DNA of 64,000 nt from Planctomycetota bacterium. Lineage in GTDB: Bacteria; Planctomycetota; Phycisphaerae; UBA1845; PWPN01. Under the pieces are notes generated by a model. It searched no databases and had not been told where the DNA came from. It worked only from the letters and a program-made list of their open reading frames with translations. Below, in pieces: positions 1 through 9,565 of the stretch. Positions within the stretch are counted from its first letter, which is position 1, and each line of letters begins with the position of its first letter. The translations under genes and the position numbers were made by a program. The DNA lies in contig JAKPHF010000046.1 in NCBI GenBank assembly GCA_029550525.1, forward strand, positions 171,796 to 235,795, in the 5' to 3' direction.

Positions 1-1
1 T

Positions 2-2005
2 GGACGGGGCACGTGGCTCCTTTCCACCGTCGCCGGCGATCTGTTCGAATACCGCCAGTCGGACGGGATCGCGGTGGATCATGACCTCGCCGCCCCGGGC
101 ATCCAGGCCCGCCTCATCGGCTCGCCCACGGTCATCGCCTCCGGTTGGACGGTCATCGCTGCGACTGAGTGCAACAATAACGGCATTCCGGACCCGTGCG
201 AGATCGAGTCCGGCGCCGCCGACTGTGACGAGGACCTCATCCCCGACACCTGCGAACTCGACACCGACGGCGACGGTGTGATCAACGACTGCGATCCCGA
301 TTCCGACAACGACGGCATCCCCGACAGCGGCGATGGGGACAGCATCGTCGGCAACCGTCCCTGCCGTGGCAGCAACACGATCGGCTGTGACGACAATTGC
401 CCGTTGGTGCCCAACCCCGACCAGGCCGACCGCGACGGCGACGGGATCGGCGACGCCTGTCAGCGCATCATCTTCGTCAACGCCGCGGCCACCGGCGCGA
501 ACAACGGCACCGACTGGCCCAACGCCTACGTCGATCTGCAAGACGCCCTCGCCGACGCGGCCGCCACCGGCACGGCCCGGCAGATCTGGGTCGCCCGCGG
601 CATCTACCGCCCCGATCGAGGCACCGGCGATCGCACCGCCACGTTCACACTCGTCGGCGGCGTGCGGATTCACGGCGGCTTTGCCGGCACCGAAACCACA
701 CTGGCCCAGCGCAATTCCACGCTACATGCGACCATTCTCAGCGGCGATTTGGCCGGCAACGATGCGGAAGGAACGCCGTTGTCACGGGTCGACAACAGTT
801 ATCACGTGGTGACCAGCGACCGCTCGGCGGGTGCCGTGCTCGAAAGCGTCACCATCTCGGGAGGGCAGGCCGACCATCCGCAGTGGCCGCACGATGCCGG
901 CGGCGGTCTGTTCGACATGGGCGGCGCAGCGAGGATCATCAACTGCAGGTTCGTGGACAATGTCGCCCTTCGCGCCGGCGGTGCCGTCTACAGCGAAGCG
1001 TTCGGCCGTCCCTTGTTCATGAACTGCCTGTTCGTGGGCAACCGGGCGTTCGAGGGCGGAGCCATCGCCTGCGACGCGAGCAGCCCCCGGTTCATCAACT
1101 GCACGATAGCCTTCAATGATGCTGCGACCGGCGGCGGCATCCACGCCCGAAACAGCTATCCCACGCTGACCAACTCCATCCTCTGGGGCAACCGCGGTGG
1201 TGCGCCGGACTCCACGGCGCAGATCGTCACCCACGGCGGTGCCGCCACCGTTACGTTCTCGTGCGTGCAGGACGCCGTGGCCGGCGACGGCACGGTATGC
1301 CCGGGCCAGGGCAACATCGACCTGCCGCCGCTGTTCCGGCTTGACCCCGATGACGGTGGCGATGGTTGGGGCAACGGCGGCAATGACACCTTCGGCGATC
1401 TCCACCTCCAGTCCGGCTCGCCTTGCATCGACGCCGGCAACAGTTGGATCCTGCCGGCCGATGCCGAGGATCTGGACGCCGACGCCAACCGCTCCGAACG
1501 AATCCCCCTCGACCTCGATCTTCACGCCCGCAGCCGCGACGATCCGGCCATGATCGACTCGGGCCTCCGCCGCGGAAGCGATCCGGTCGTGGACATGGGC
1601 GCCTACGAGGCCTGGGAGGACTGCAACAACAACGGCGTGCCCGACTTCTGCGACGTGGACTGCGGCACGCCGGGCGGCGCCTGCGATGTGCCGGGCTGCG
1701 GCCAGAGCGGCGACTGCAATCATGATCGCGTGCCCGACGAATGCCACCCCGACATCGACGAGGACGGCCTGACCGACGTGTGCGAGATGATCTTCGGCGA
1801 TTTCGACCTCGACGGCGATGTCGATCAGGAGGACTACGGCTACTTCCAGCGCTGCCTGGGCCGCTGCTGCTTTCACGTCGACCCGTCGTGTCGAGCTGCC
1901 GACCTCAACTTCAGCGGCGAAGTGGACCGTGACGACTTCAACATCTTCCAACGCTGCCTGAGCGGCCCCGACAACCCGCTCGACCCCACCTGCCGGAATT
2001 GGTGA
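2..2005 (+). CDS. Secreted/cell-surface repeat protein, 5' end probably outside the window. Thrombospondin type-3 (TSP3) Ca-binding repeats, a parallel beta-helix-like core and C-terminal dockerin/EF-hand-like motifs
   Basis: The frame is open from base 2, with no stop before the listed GTG at 74. It carries DxDxDGxxDxxD / NCPLVPNPDQADRDGDGIGDAC motifs. There are many ~22-aa Gly-rich repeats (GGAVYS, GGAIAC, GGGIHA) typical of right-handed beta-helices. The C-terminus has DFDLDGDVDQED and NFSGEVDRDDF. Confidence 0.75.
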   Translation, partial: GRGTWLLSTVAGDLFEYRQSDGIAVDHDLAAPGIQARLIGSPTVIASGWTVIAATECNNNGIPDPCEIESGAADCDEDLIPDTCELDTDGDGVINDCDPDSDNDGIPDSGDGDSIVGNRPCRGSNTIGCDDNCPLVPNPDQADRDGDGIGDACQRIIFVNAAATGANNGTDWPNAYVDLQDALADAAATGTARQIWVARGIYRPDRGTGDRTATFTLVGGVRIHGGFAGTETTLAQRNSTLHATILSGDLAGNDAEGTPLSRVDNSYHVVTSDRSAGAVLESVTISGGQADHPQWPHDAGGGLFDMGGAARIINCRFVDNVALRAGGAVYSEAFGRPLFMNCLFVGNRAFEGGAIACDASSPRFINCTIAFNDAATGGGIHARNSYPTLTNSILWGNRGGAPDSTAQIVTHGGAATVTFSCVQDAVAGDGTVCPGQGNIDLPPLFRLDPDDGGDGWGNGGNDTFGDLHLQSGSPCIDAGNSWILPADAEDLDADANRSERIPLDLDLHARSRDDPAMIDSGLRRGSDPVVDMGAYEAWEDCNNNGVPDFCDVDCGTPGGACDVPGCGQSGDCNHDRVPDECHPDIDEDGLTDVCEMIFGDFDLDGDVDQEDYGYFQRCLGRCCFHVDPSCRAADLNFSGEVDRDDFNIFQRCLSGPDNPLDPTCRNW

Positions 2006-2253
2006 TCAGCCGCCACCACCGTCCCGCCGAGGCGAACGATATTGCCGGACGCCGGGGCGACTCTTCCCTGATGCGGCGGTAGCGAAGATGAGCGCTGACT
2101 GCATTCGCCGTGTCCGGAAGCGGGTACCTGGCCTATATATGGCATGCTCGAGACCGCCTTGATCGGTCTACGGCTTCATGCGGTTCCGCGTCTGAACGCC
2201 CCAGTCCGCGCGAAGCTTCCCGAATTGCTGAAAAGGAAAGCGAGGAGGAGAGA

Positions 2254-3021
2254 ATGTTGAGACTCTGTGTGATGTTCGCGGTTGTGGCCGGTGCGCTGAG
2301 CCTGGCAGCATCGCCGGCGGATGCCACGTTGCTTACCTGGACCTTTGGCAGTGCGACGCTCGAGTTCTACGACACGACGTTGTCCGAGCCGGACTGGGTT
2401 CCGTTTGATGTAACACCGACTGTCAGCGCCAGTCAGTTCGATGGAGGTCTGAAGCTGTTCGGGACGGGTCTGGACAGCCAAGCGTTTTCTTTACCGGCCG
2501 CGGAGTATATCGCCGCGCCGCCGTGGTCCTTCGATGGTGAGGTTCAGGCCAGGCTCCTGCTGAGCGGCACGGGAACGATCAACGGTGCGGCTTGGCAGGA
2601 TCCCGACGACACTATCGTCACCGCATTCGATTTCGGTTTTGATTTCGACAGCGGCCAGTTGGACCTTAATGACGTCAGCACCGGCTTCTTGCTGTTGGAC
2701 GCCGAACAGAGTCCACGGGTCGGTGTGGGTAGCAGCACAGGGCTGGGCCTGCACGACCCCGGGAGCTACGGGTACGGTTTCCAGTTTGTCGATCGTTTCA
2801 ACAGCGGCTACGAGACCGCCGAAACGTTCATCTGGCAAGTCCGACTCGACTTCGAGTGGGTTGATCCGTCTCCCAGCAGCTCGCTGACATTCACCATCCC
2901 CCAGAATTCCATCGACCTCAGCCACGTGTCAGTTCCCGAGCCGGCGAGTGCAGCGCTCTTACTCGCTGGCGGCCTGTTGACCGTCGGCCGGCGGCCGGCC
3001 GCACGGCTGCCCGGTCAATGA
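2254..3021 (+). CDS. PEP-CTERM sorting-domain protein (secreted, exosortase substrate type)
   Basis: Internal ATG at 2254 is preceded by AGGAGGAG. Signal peptide MLRLCVMFAVVAGALSLAASPADA. C-terminus VPEPASAALLLAGGLLTVGRRP matches PEP-CTERM (VPEP, hydrophobic helix, basic tail). Confidence 0.8.
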   Translation: MLRLCVMFAVVAGALSLAASPADATLLTWTFGSATLEFYDTTLSEPDWVPFDVTPTVSASQFDGGLKLFGTGLDSQAFSLPAAEYIAAPPWSFDGEVQARLLLSGTGTINGAAWQDPDDTIVTAFDFGFDFDSGQLDLNDVSTGFLLLDAEQSPRVGVGSSTGLGLHDPGSYGYGFQFVDRFNSGYETAETFIWQVRLDFEWVDPSPSSSLTFTIPQNSIDLSHVSVPEPASAALLLAGGLLTVGRRPAARLPGQ

Positions 3022-3149
3022 GGCGGGGAACGCCGGTGACACCCAGCGGACATGACCAGCACGAATAGAGTTCCGCGGAACCAGATAGCGCGGGTGAATC
3101 TGCAAGGAGACGGCGGGATCAAGCCCCGCCGCTCGCTTGCGCGGAAGCG

Positions 3150-4403
3150 TCAGGATTCCTCGGCGGCGTCGGGGGCGACGCGCAACGACTTGGTGATTTC
3201 GCGCAAGACTGTCGTGGCGTAGCAGCCTGACTCGAGGAAGAACGTCACCTCGATGTAGTCACCGGCGTCATCGCGGCCTGCGGTCACGCCGGCATCGTGC
3301 GGTTTGAAGCGCAAGGGACGCCGGCCGCCCGGCGTGCGGCGCTTGCCATCCTCCAGCCACTCGACGCCGCCGAGGTTCTCCTCCTCCAGCAGTCCGCGCT
3401 CCATGCGGCCCGGCTCGCCGTCCGGCTCGGTCATGCGGTGACCGAACAACGGGCCGGTCGGCGAGATCTCGAACGCGTCGCAACGCGGCTGCTCCTTGGC
3501 TACATCCTCGACGCGAAAGACCGCTCCCTGCGGATGCCGCCAGGCCAGATCGCCGGCCATCAGCGTGTCGAGCGTCTCGATGCGCCGGGCCACGATCTGG
3601 TTGAACAGCATGGATTGAAACGCGGAGATGTAGAACCGCCGGGCTTGCTGATCGACGGCCCGCAGCGCCTTGAACGCCTTGCCGCGCGTCCGGGCCAGCT
3701 CCCGGCAGGCCCGCCGCTCGTTGCGGTACATGTAGGGCCAGGCGGCCGCTGCCGCGTCGTACTCGCCGCGATCGAACAGTTGCCGCGCTTCCAGGATCTT
3801 GCCGCGATCAACGGGCGAGGGCCGGCCCAGCATGACCGCCAGCGCCTCGTCGAAGTCCTTGCGCACCAGGGCCCGGCCGATCTCCCACGTGTCGCCGCGC
3901 ACGCCGAAGCGTTGCGGCCCGAAGTAGTTGGGCACACCACGACGCATGAGCACGTCGAGGATGGACCGGGCGTCGTCCACACGACCCGCGTCCACTTGAC
4001 GCAGCTTGATGGTAAAGCGGTTTCCGCGATGATGGCCCAACTTGAGCTTGTTGGTATGACGCGACACGCTCAACACCTTCACGCCGGGCACACTCAAGGC
4101 TTCGACCCGGGCCGGATCGACGTGCTCGAGGCTCAGCGTTTGCCGCGTCACCGCATCGGCGTCCTTGAGACCCGCGTAGCCGATCTCGTACTTCTGGCGT
4201 CCCAGCGCCCGCGCGATCTCCTGCACCGCCTGCGTGGTGGGCAGCCCGACCTTCTCGATGCGAAAGTACACATGCGTGCCACTGCCTGACGCTTCGTACA
4301 AAGGCACCTCGTCCACGACGAAGTCCTCGGGCCGTTGTTTGATGACGCCGCCCACGCCCGGAATGGCGGAGGTCAGGAAGGGTAATTGATCGACACTGAG
4401 CAT
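3150..4403 (-). CDS. truD: tRNA pseudouridine(13) synthase TruD
   Basis: Family motifs KQRPEDFVVDE, YAGLKDADAVTRQ, GVPNYFGPQRFG and SAFQSMLFNQIV. The length fits TruD. Confidence 0.9.
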   Translation of the reverse strand: MLSVDQLPFLTSAIPGVGGVIKQRPEDFVVDEVPLYEASGSGTHVYFRIEKVGLPTTQAVQEIARALGRQKYEIGYAGLKDADAVTRQTLSLEHVDPARVEALSVPGVKVLSVSRHTNKLKLGHHRGNRFTIKLRQVDAGRVDDARSILDVLMRRGVPNYFGPQRFGVRGDTWEIGRALVRKDFDEALAVMLGRPSPVDRGKILEARQLFDRGEYDAAAAAWPYMYRNERRACRELARTRGKAFKALRAVDQQARRFYISAFQSMLFNQIVARRIETLDTLMAGDLAWRHPQGAVFRVEDVAKEQPRCDAFEISPTGPLFGHRMTEPDGEPGRMERGLLEEENLGGVEWLEDGKRRTPGGRRPLRFKPHDAGVTAGRDDAGDYIEVTFFLESGCYATTVLREITKSLRVAPDAAEES

Positions 4404-4465
4404 AGGATTGGGTCGCCGTTTGTGTGTTGGAGTTTAGTTGTCTGGAGCTGGCCGTTCGACGCCGG

Positions 4466-5401
4466 TTACTTGGACGGGCCTTCCAATCCTCGATTCCGTT
4501 TATCCGCAAACGACGTCAGCCAATACTGCGCCTCGATGGTCGGCACGGGGAAATTTAATCGCCGGGCCCGGCGCACCGGCTCGCCCAAAATCGCCTCGAC
4601 CTCCAGCGGCAAACGGTTCTCGTAATCCACGAGCATGCTGGGTCGATACCGGCCCATGGTGGCGGTGTTGGCCATCATCTTCTCGAGCATCGCCGGCACG
4701 TCGATACGGCAACCATCCGCGTTGCCCGCCTCGCCGGTCTCGACGATCAGCCGCCGGGCCATGGCGTTCAGCCCCGGGTCGTCGATGATCTCCTGCGTGG
4801 TCACGCCGCCCGCGGTCACCGCCAGCGTGCTGAAGGGGATGTTCCACATGAGCTTTTCCCAGCGAGCCTGCCGTAGCGATGGCCGCACCATGGTCTCGAA
4901 GCCGGCGTCGGCGAAGAGCCGGGCCATGTCCTCGACCTGCTTCAAGTCGTCGAGCAGATGGCCGAACGCGATACGCCCGTAGCCAAAATGCTGCACCACG
5001 CCCGGATCGCCCCGGTTGATGCACACGAAGGCCATGCCACCGAAGATTCGCCACGGCTCGAACCATTCGCCGAAACGTTCCTCGATCCCCAGGCCGTTCA
5101 TCATCGCCAACACCCGCGTGGCCGGCCCCATGCACGGGCGGATCAGGGCCTCGGCCACATCCATCGCCGTGGCCTTCAGGGCACACAAGACCAAGTCCAC
5201 CGGGCCGATTTTGCGAGAATCGTCGTAGGCCTGCACGCGAGGCAAGTGGAAGCTGCCCTCGGCGCTCTCGATCCGCAAGCCGCCTCGGCGAACGGCATCG
5301 AGGTCACGGCGCATGAGGAAATGCACGTCGTGGCCCGCCCGCACGAGCCGTGCGCCGTAATAACACCCCACCGCGCCTGAACCGATGACCGCGATCTTCA
5401 T
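4466..5401 (-). CDS. panE: 2-dehydropantoate 2-reductase (ketopantoate reductase, PanE/ApbA)
   Basis: Start moved to the internal ATG at 5401, giving the N-terminal Rossmann motif MKIAVIGSGAVGCYYGARL. Also has WEKLMWNIPFS and SMLVDYENRLPLEVEAI, typical of PanE. Confidence 0.85.
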   Translation of the reverse strand: MKIAVIGSGAVGCYYGARLVRAGHDVHFLMRRDLDAVRRGGLRIESAEGSFHLPRVQAYDDSRKIGPVDLVLCALKATAMDVAEALIRPCMGPATRVLAMMNGLGIEERFGEWFEPWRIFGGMAFVCINRGDPGVVQHFGYGRIAFGHLLDDLKQVEDMARLFADAGFETMVRPSLRQARWEKLMWNIPFSTLAVTAGGVTTQEIIDDPGLNAMARRLIVETGEAGNADGCRIDVPAMLEKMMANTATMGRYRPSMLVDYENRLPLEVEAILGEPVRRARRLNFPVPTIEAQYWLTSFADKRNRGLEGPSK

Positions 5402-5411
5402 GTCAAAAAGA

Positions 5412-5499
5412 GAAGACAGGAGACAGAAGTCAGTGGACAGAAGTAGCAACCAGCCCCATGCCCCCTGTTTCTGTCGTCTGTCTCCTGACTCCTATCCCC
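5412..5499. repeat. Heptamer micro-array pair forming an imperfect hairpin directly 3' of trpS
   Basis: Left arm GAAGACA GGAGACA GAAGTCA GTGGACA GAAGTAG (5412-5446). Right arm CTGTTTC TGTCGTC TGTCTCC TGACTCC TATCCCC (5465-5499). CAGGAGACAG (5417-5426) is perfectly complementary to CTGTCTCCTG (5478-5487). The right arm begins at the trpS stop codon. Confidence 0.8.
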
Positions 5500-6469
5500 C
5501 GATGGTCTTCAGTCCGCAGCACTTGCGGACCTCGCGCATGGTCTGTGCCGCGACCTCCCGGGCCCGCCGCCCACCGTCGGCCAGGATGCGTTCGACCTCC
5601 TCGGGATGTCGGGCGAATTCCTCGTACCGCTTGCGGCACGGCCCGAACGTCTCCTCGAAAAGCTCGGCCAGTCGCTTCTTGGCCTCCCCGTAGCCCATGC
5701 CGCCTTTGCGATATCGAGCGTCCCACTCGGCGACTTCGTCCCGCGAGGCCAGCAGCCGCAGCAACGCGAACACGTTGCACGTCTCAGGGTTCTTGGGCTG
5801 ATCCACCGGCGTGGAATCCGTCTTCATGGACATGATCCGCTTGCGGGCCTGGTTGGGCGGCCCGAACAGCTCGATGGTGTTGTCGTAGCTCTTGCTCATC
5901 TTGCGGCCATCGATGCCCGGCACGACCGCCGCTTCCGCACTGATCAACGGCTCGGGCCGAACCAGGACATTGCAGTTGAACGCCTGGTTGAACTTGCCCT
6001 GGATGTCCTGCGCCATCTCGATGTGTTGAGCCTGGTCCTGGCCCACGGGCACGAGGTTAGCCTTGTAAATCAGGATGTCGGCCGCCTGCAGCACGGGGTA
6101 GGCGAACAGTCCGTGATTGGGCGAAAGCCCCTGGGCCACCTTGTCCTTGTAGGAGTGAGCCCGCTGCAGCAGCCCCATCGGCGTGAGGCACGAGAGAATC
6201 CACATCAACTCGGTGACCTCCGGCACGTCCGACTGCCGGAAGAACACCGCTTTGTTCGGGTCGAGTCCCAGGGCGAGATACGTCAGGGCGACCTCGCGCG
6301 TGAACTCCTCGAGCCGCTCGGCCTGATTGATCGTGGTCAGGGCGTGATAGTTGGCGATGAAATAGAAGCATTCATGCTCGCCCTGAAGCTCGATGTGCTT
6401 GCGCAGCGCGCCGAAGTAGTTTCCCAGGTGCAAGCGTCCCGACGGCTGAATACCCGAAAGAATTCTCAT
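5492..6469 (-). CDS. trpS: Tryptophan--tRNA ligase
   Basis: Class I aaRS signatures: GIQPSGRLHLGNYFG (HIGH-like) and KMSKS. Overall TrpS-like sequence, 325 aa. Confidence 0.95.
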   Translation of the reverse strand: MRILSGIQPSGRLHLGNYFGALRKHIELQGEHECFYFIANYHALTTINQAERLEEFTREVALTYLALGLDPNKAVFFRQSDVPEVTELMWILSCLTPMGLLQRAHSYKDKVAQGLSPNHGLFAYPVLQAADILIYKANLVPVGQDQAQHIEMAQDIQGKFNQAFNCNVLVRPEPLISAEAAVVPGIDGRKMSKSYDNTIELFGPPNQARKRIMSMKTDSTPVDQPKNPETCNVFALLRLLASRDEVAEWDARYRKGGMGYGEAKKRLAELFEETFGPCRKRYEEFARHPEEVERILADGGRRAREVAAQTMREVRKCCGLKTIGG

Positions 6470-6840
6470 TCCCGCAACGTCCTCAAGAGCAGCCCATTTC
6501 TTCCGCAGCGGTGGACCGGTCGTTCAGGTGCTCAGGGCATGTGATCCATCCACCGCTACCACAAAAGGCCCCACGTACCCGGACTCCAGCCCGCGAACTG
6601 CGGCCCTGGCGCCGGGATATCAGGCCCCGCCGGAAGCTGGATCAGCCGTCCGGACGCCCGATCATGACCGGCGCTACAAACTGGTACGACCTCACCGGCG
6701 CGACGTCGTCATCGGCCGCCGCCCGCCCGGCAAAAACAGCTCCATACTAACGTGATCATCTTCCGGAGGGTAGGCCGGGCCCCTTCGGGCTTTCGGCCTG
6801 TGACCGTCCTATCATAAGGCGATTATCGAGGAGTTCTGAC

Positions 6841-7287
6841 GTGAGTAACTGGGTCCACAAATACAAACCCGCGGCATCCCGGCGGACGCACGTGCTGGCG
6901 GCCGCGACGCTCTGGACGCTCGTGGGCGCGGGTCTCCTGACGACTGGATTGACCTGGAACCGTTCGAGCCCGGGGCCGTGGCTCGTCGCATTGCTGGTGG
7001 CCGCCGTCGGCGTGGGGCTGCTCAAAGCACACCTGGCCCTTCGCAAGACCGCCGGCCGCATGGTCGATCGCATCTGCGCTCGCGGTGACGGCCGCTGCCT
7101 GGGCGGCTTCCTGTCCTGGCGCATGTGGTTGGTCGCAGTGGCCATGATGTTCTTCGGCCGATTGATCCGCAGCGGCCCCCTTCCCGATGTGCTGGTGGCC
7201 TTCATCTACCAGGCGGTCGGCGTCGCGTTGCTGGCCGGAGCCGTCAGCCTCTGGCGCGCCTACGCTCGCCTCCCGCGCCCCGCCTGA
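6841..7287 (+). CDS. Small integral membrane protein, function unknown
   Basis: GTG start 6 nt after GAGGAG. About four hydrophobic helices (LAAATLWTLVGAGLLTTGL, WLVALLVAAVGVGLL, MWLVAVAMMFFG, AFIYQAVGVALLAGAV). No recognisable family. Confidence 0.6.
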   Translation: MSNWVHKYKPAASRRTHVLAAATLWTLVGAGLLTTGLTWNRSSPGPWLVALLVAAVGVGLLKAHLALRKTAGRMVDRICARGDGRCLGGFLSWRMWLVAVAMMFFGRLIRSGPLPDVLVAFIYQAVGVALLAGAVSLWRAYARLPRPA

Positions 7288-7391
7288 TTACAGGCCCCCA
7301 TTTTCCACCCGGCGCGCAACGACCTTCCGCGGGTCCACACACACCCCGCGCATAGTGCCACATATCGGACCCTGTAGCCACACTTCATCCC

Positions 7392-7419
7392 CTCAAGTCT
7401 CAAGCCTCAGGTCTCAAGC
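7392..7419. repeat. Heptamer tandem array (CTCAAGY) x4
   Basis: CTCAAGT CTCAAGC CTCAGGT CTCAAGC. Intergenic, about 150 nt upstream of the secreted-protein/TadG-like gene pair. Confidence 0.8.
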
Positions 7420-7566
7420 CCAACTTCACCCCATTTACCGCATCTTCCCCAAATTCTCACGTTTTCGCTTGCTTACCGGCACCTTGGATTGCATATCGCT
7501 ATGGTCAAAACAGGCGGGGAAACACGCAGCAGATTTACCGGCCCTTTTTTGGGGGGAGGCAATGTC

Positions 7567-8235
7567 ATGTTATCGGTTCCGGCAAGAACGTTAAGATGGT
7601 CGCTCGTGCTGGCCACGCTGGCGATGCTCGCCGGCCCTGGCACGTTGCGCGCCCAGGATCCCACCGATCCTGCGTCGCCCAAGGTCATCCGAGTGGAAGA
7701 GGATTGGCTGCTATGGGTCGTGCAGCCGAACGGCGCGATCTATTCGCCGCAGTTCCACACCGTCATGTCCCCCCTGCAGGATCTGGACTCCTACTACTTC
7801 CAGATCACCTGGAACTATCGTGAGCTGCCCGAGTTCATGCCGGGCGGGTTCCAGGTGCAAAGCTGGAATGGTGAAGACAACCTGAACCTCCAGAACATCA
7901 ACAACACCGAGTTGAGCCGGGCGGCTGAGCTCATCACCTGGACCCAGGTCATGGAGACCAACGGCACGCAGATCGCCTTCTCGATCATCAACGGCCTCTC
8001 CTCCACCTGGGGCGCGTTCGGCCATCCGGACACGTTGCTGGTCCACAATGGCGCCATTCCCGATCTCAATCGCTATTCGCCTGACGTCTCGGTGGACAAC
8101 TCGTGGATCACCTTCGGCCAGAACCGGGTGTACCTGCTTAAGGTTTACGCCGTCCGATACTACGGTGAGCACGGGTTGCTGTGGGAGGACACCACCAATC
8201 GCGTCGTGTATCAATACGAACAGGTCGACGACTAA
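7567..8235 (+). CDS. Secreted hypothetical protein (first gene of a two-gene unit with the TadG-like gene)
   Basis: Internal ATG at 7567 follows GGGGAGG. Signal peptide MLSVPARTLRWSLVLATLAMLAGPGTLRA. Coding-like composition, no family recognised. Ends 23 nt before the next gene. Confidence 0.65.
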   Translation: MLSVPARTLRWSLVLATLAMLAGPGTLRAQDPTDPASPKVIRVEEDWLLWVVQPNGAIYSPQFHTVMSPLQDLDSYYFQITWNYRELPEFMPGGFQVQSWNGEDNLNLQNINNTELSRAAELITWTQVMETNGTQIAFSIINGLSSTWGAFGHPDTLLVHNGAIPDLNRYSPDVSVDNSWITFGQNRVYLLKVYAVRYYGEHGLLWEDTTNRVVYQYEQVDD

Positions 8236-8258
8236 ACCGGACGCTCGGAGGAAGAGCC

Positions 8259-9473
8259 ATGCGTCATCCGAAACATTTTCGCAGGAGAGGAGCCGCCGCG
8301 GCCGCCGTGGCCGTGACGGGGACCGTGCTGATCGCGTTTGCCGCTTTGGCCATCGACATGGGTGTGTTCTACAACACGCGCATCGAGGCCCAACGCAGTG
8401 CTGACGCCGGTGCGCTCGCCGGTGCCTGGAAGCTTCTGGGCGACGAACGGGTCAAAGGCGCAACAGGAGTCGCCACGCTGGTCGACCAGGCCCGCCAAGC
8501 CGCGGCCGAGGTCGCGGGACTGAACGAAGTGTTCAAGGCCGGACCGCAGGTCGATCTGAACGTCGCGAACGCGGCCGGCGGAGACATCATCCTCGGTCGG
8601 CTCGACAACCCGTCCAATCTGGCCGAGCCGCTCGCCACCGCCGTCGACCCGTCCGAGTTCAACTCGGTCAGCGTCCTCGTGCGGCGCGACAACGTCCGTA
8701 ACGGCCCCATCCCCTTCTTCTTCGGCCAAATCTTTGGCTTCAGGAACAAGGATATGTCGGCCCGAGCCGTCGCCACCGCGCGGAACACCATCGCCGGCTA
8801 CCGGGTCACCAACAAGACCGGCAACGCTCAACTGCTGCCCTTCACCGTGCATGTCGATGCCTGGAATGGCCTGCTCAACGGCACGGTCACCACGGGTGAC
8901 AACTTCCGCTATGACCCCGTCACCAAGACGGTCTCGCCGGGCAGTGACGGCATCTACGAAATCAATATGTACCCGGGCGCCGGCAACGGACAGGGTAACG
9001 GCAAGAAGCCCAAGGAGAGCAGCGACGGTCAGCTCCCGCCCGGCAACTTCGGCACGGTGGACATCGGAGCCGCCAACAACAGCACCGCCGACATCTCCCG
9101 CCAGATTCGCTACGGCATCAGCGCCGCGGATCTCGCACACCTCGGCGGGGAACTGCGGTTCAACAATGACGGGAAGATCTATTTGAACGGCGACACCGGC
9201 CTGAGCGCCGCGGTCAAGGACGACCTCGAGGCCATCAAGGGACAACCGCGGGCCATCCCGCTGTTCACCCACGTGAGCGGGCCCGGCAACAACGCCACCT
9301 ACACCATCGTGGCCTTCGCGGGTATCCGCGTCATGGATGTGAAGCTCACCGGCTCCATGAGCAGCAAGGCTGTCATCGTTCAGCCCGCGGTGGTGGTCGA
9401 TGACGCCGTCATCGTTGAAGACGTCAACGTGCCGAGCTATTTCGTCTATTATCCTCCTTCTCTCGTGCGCTGA
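8259..9473 (+). CDS. TadG-like (Flp/Tad pilus assembly TadE/G-like N-terminal domain) protein
   Basis: ATG at 8259 follows GGAGGA. The N-terminus RRGAAAAAVAVTGTVLIAFAALAIDMGVFYNTRIEAQRSADAGALAGA matches the TadG-type membrane anchor plus conserved helix. A rho-independent-like terminator follows. Confidence 0.7.
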   Translation: MRHPKHFRRRGAAAAAVAVTGTVLIAFAALAIDMGVFYNTRIEAQRSADAGALAGAWKLLGDERVKGATGVATLVDQARQAAAEVAGLNEVFKAGPQVDLNVANAAGGDIILGRLDNPSNLAEPLATAVDPSEFNSVSVLVRRDNVRNGPIPFFFGQIFGFRNKDMSARAVATARNTIAGYRVTNKTGNAQLLPFTVHVDAWNGLLNGTVTTGDNFRYDPVTKTVSPGSDGIYEINMYPGAGNGQGNGKKPKESSDGQLPPGNFGTVDIGAANNSTADISRQIRYGISAADLAHLGGELRFNNDGKIYLNGDTGLSAAVKDDLEAIKGQPRAIPLFTHVSGPGNNATYTIVAFAGIRVMDVKLTGSMSSKAVIVQPAVVVDDAVIVEDVNVPSYFVYYPPSLVR

Positions 9474-9501
9474 GACGCGGCACTAGCCGTGCCACGAATC
9501 C

Positions 9502-9556
9502 CACAGCCGCCGCAGCCGCCGGTGACCTGACCGTCGCCGCGCGGCTGTGTCTTTTT
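9502..9556 (+). terminator. Rho-independent-type terminator after the TadG-like gene
   Basis: Stem CACAGCCGC (9502-9510) / GCGGCTGTG (9541-9549) followed by TCTTTTT. Confidence 0.55.
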
Positions 9557-9565
9557 CAGCCGGGA

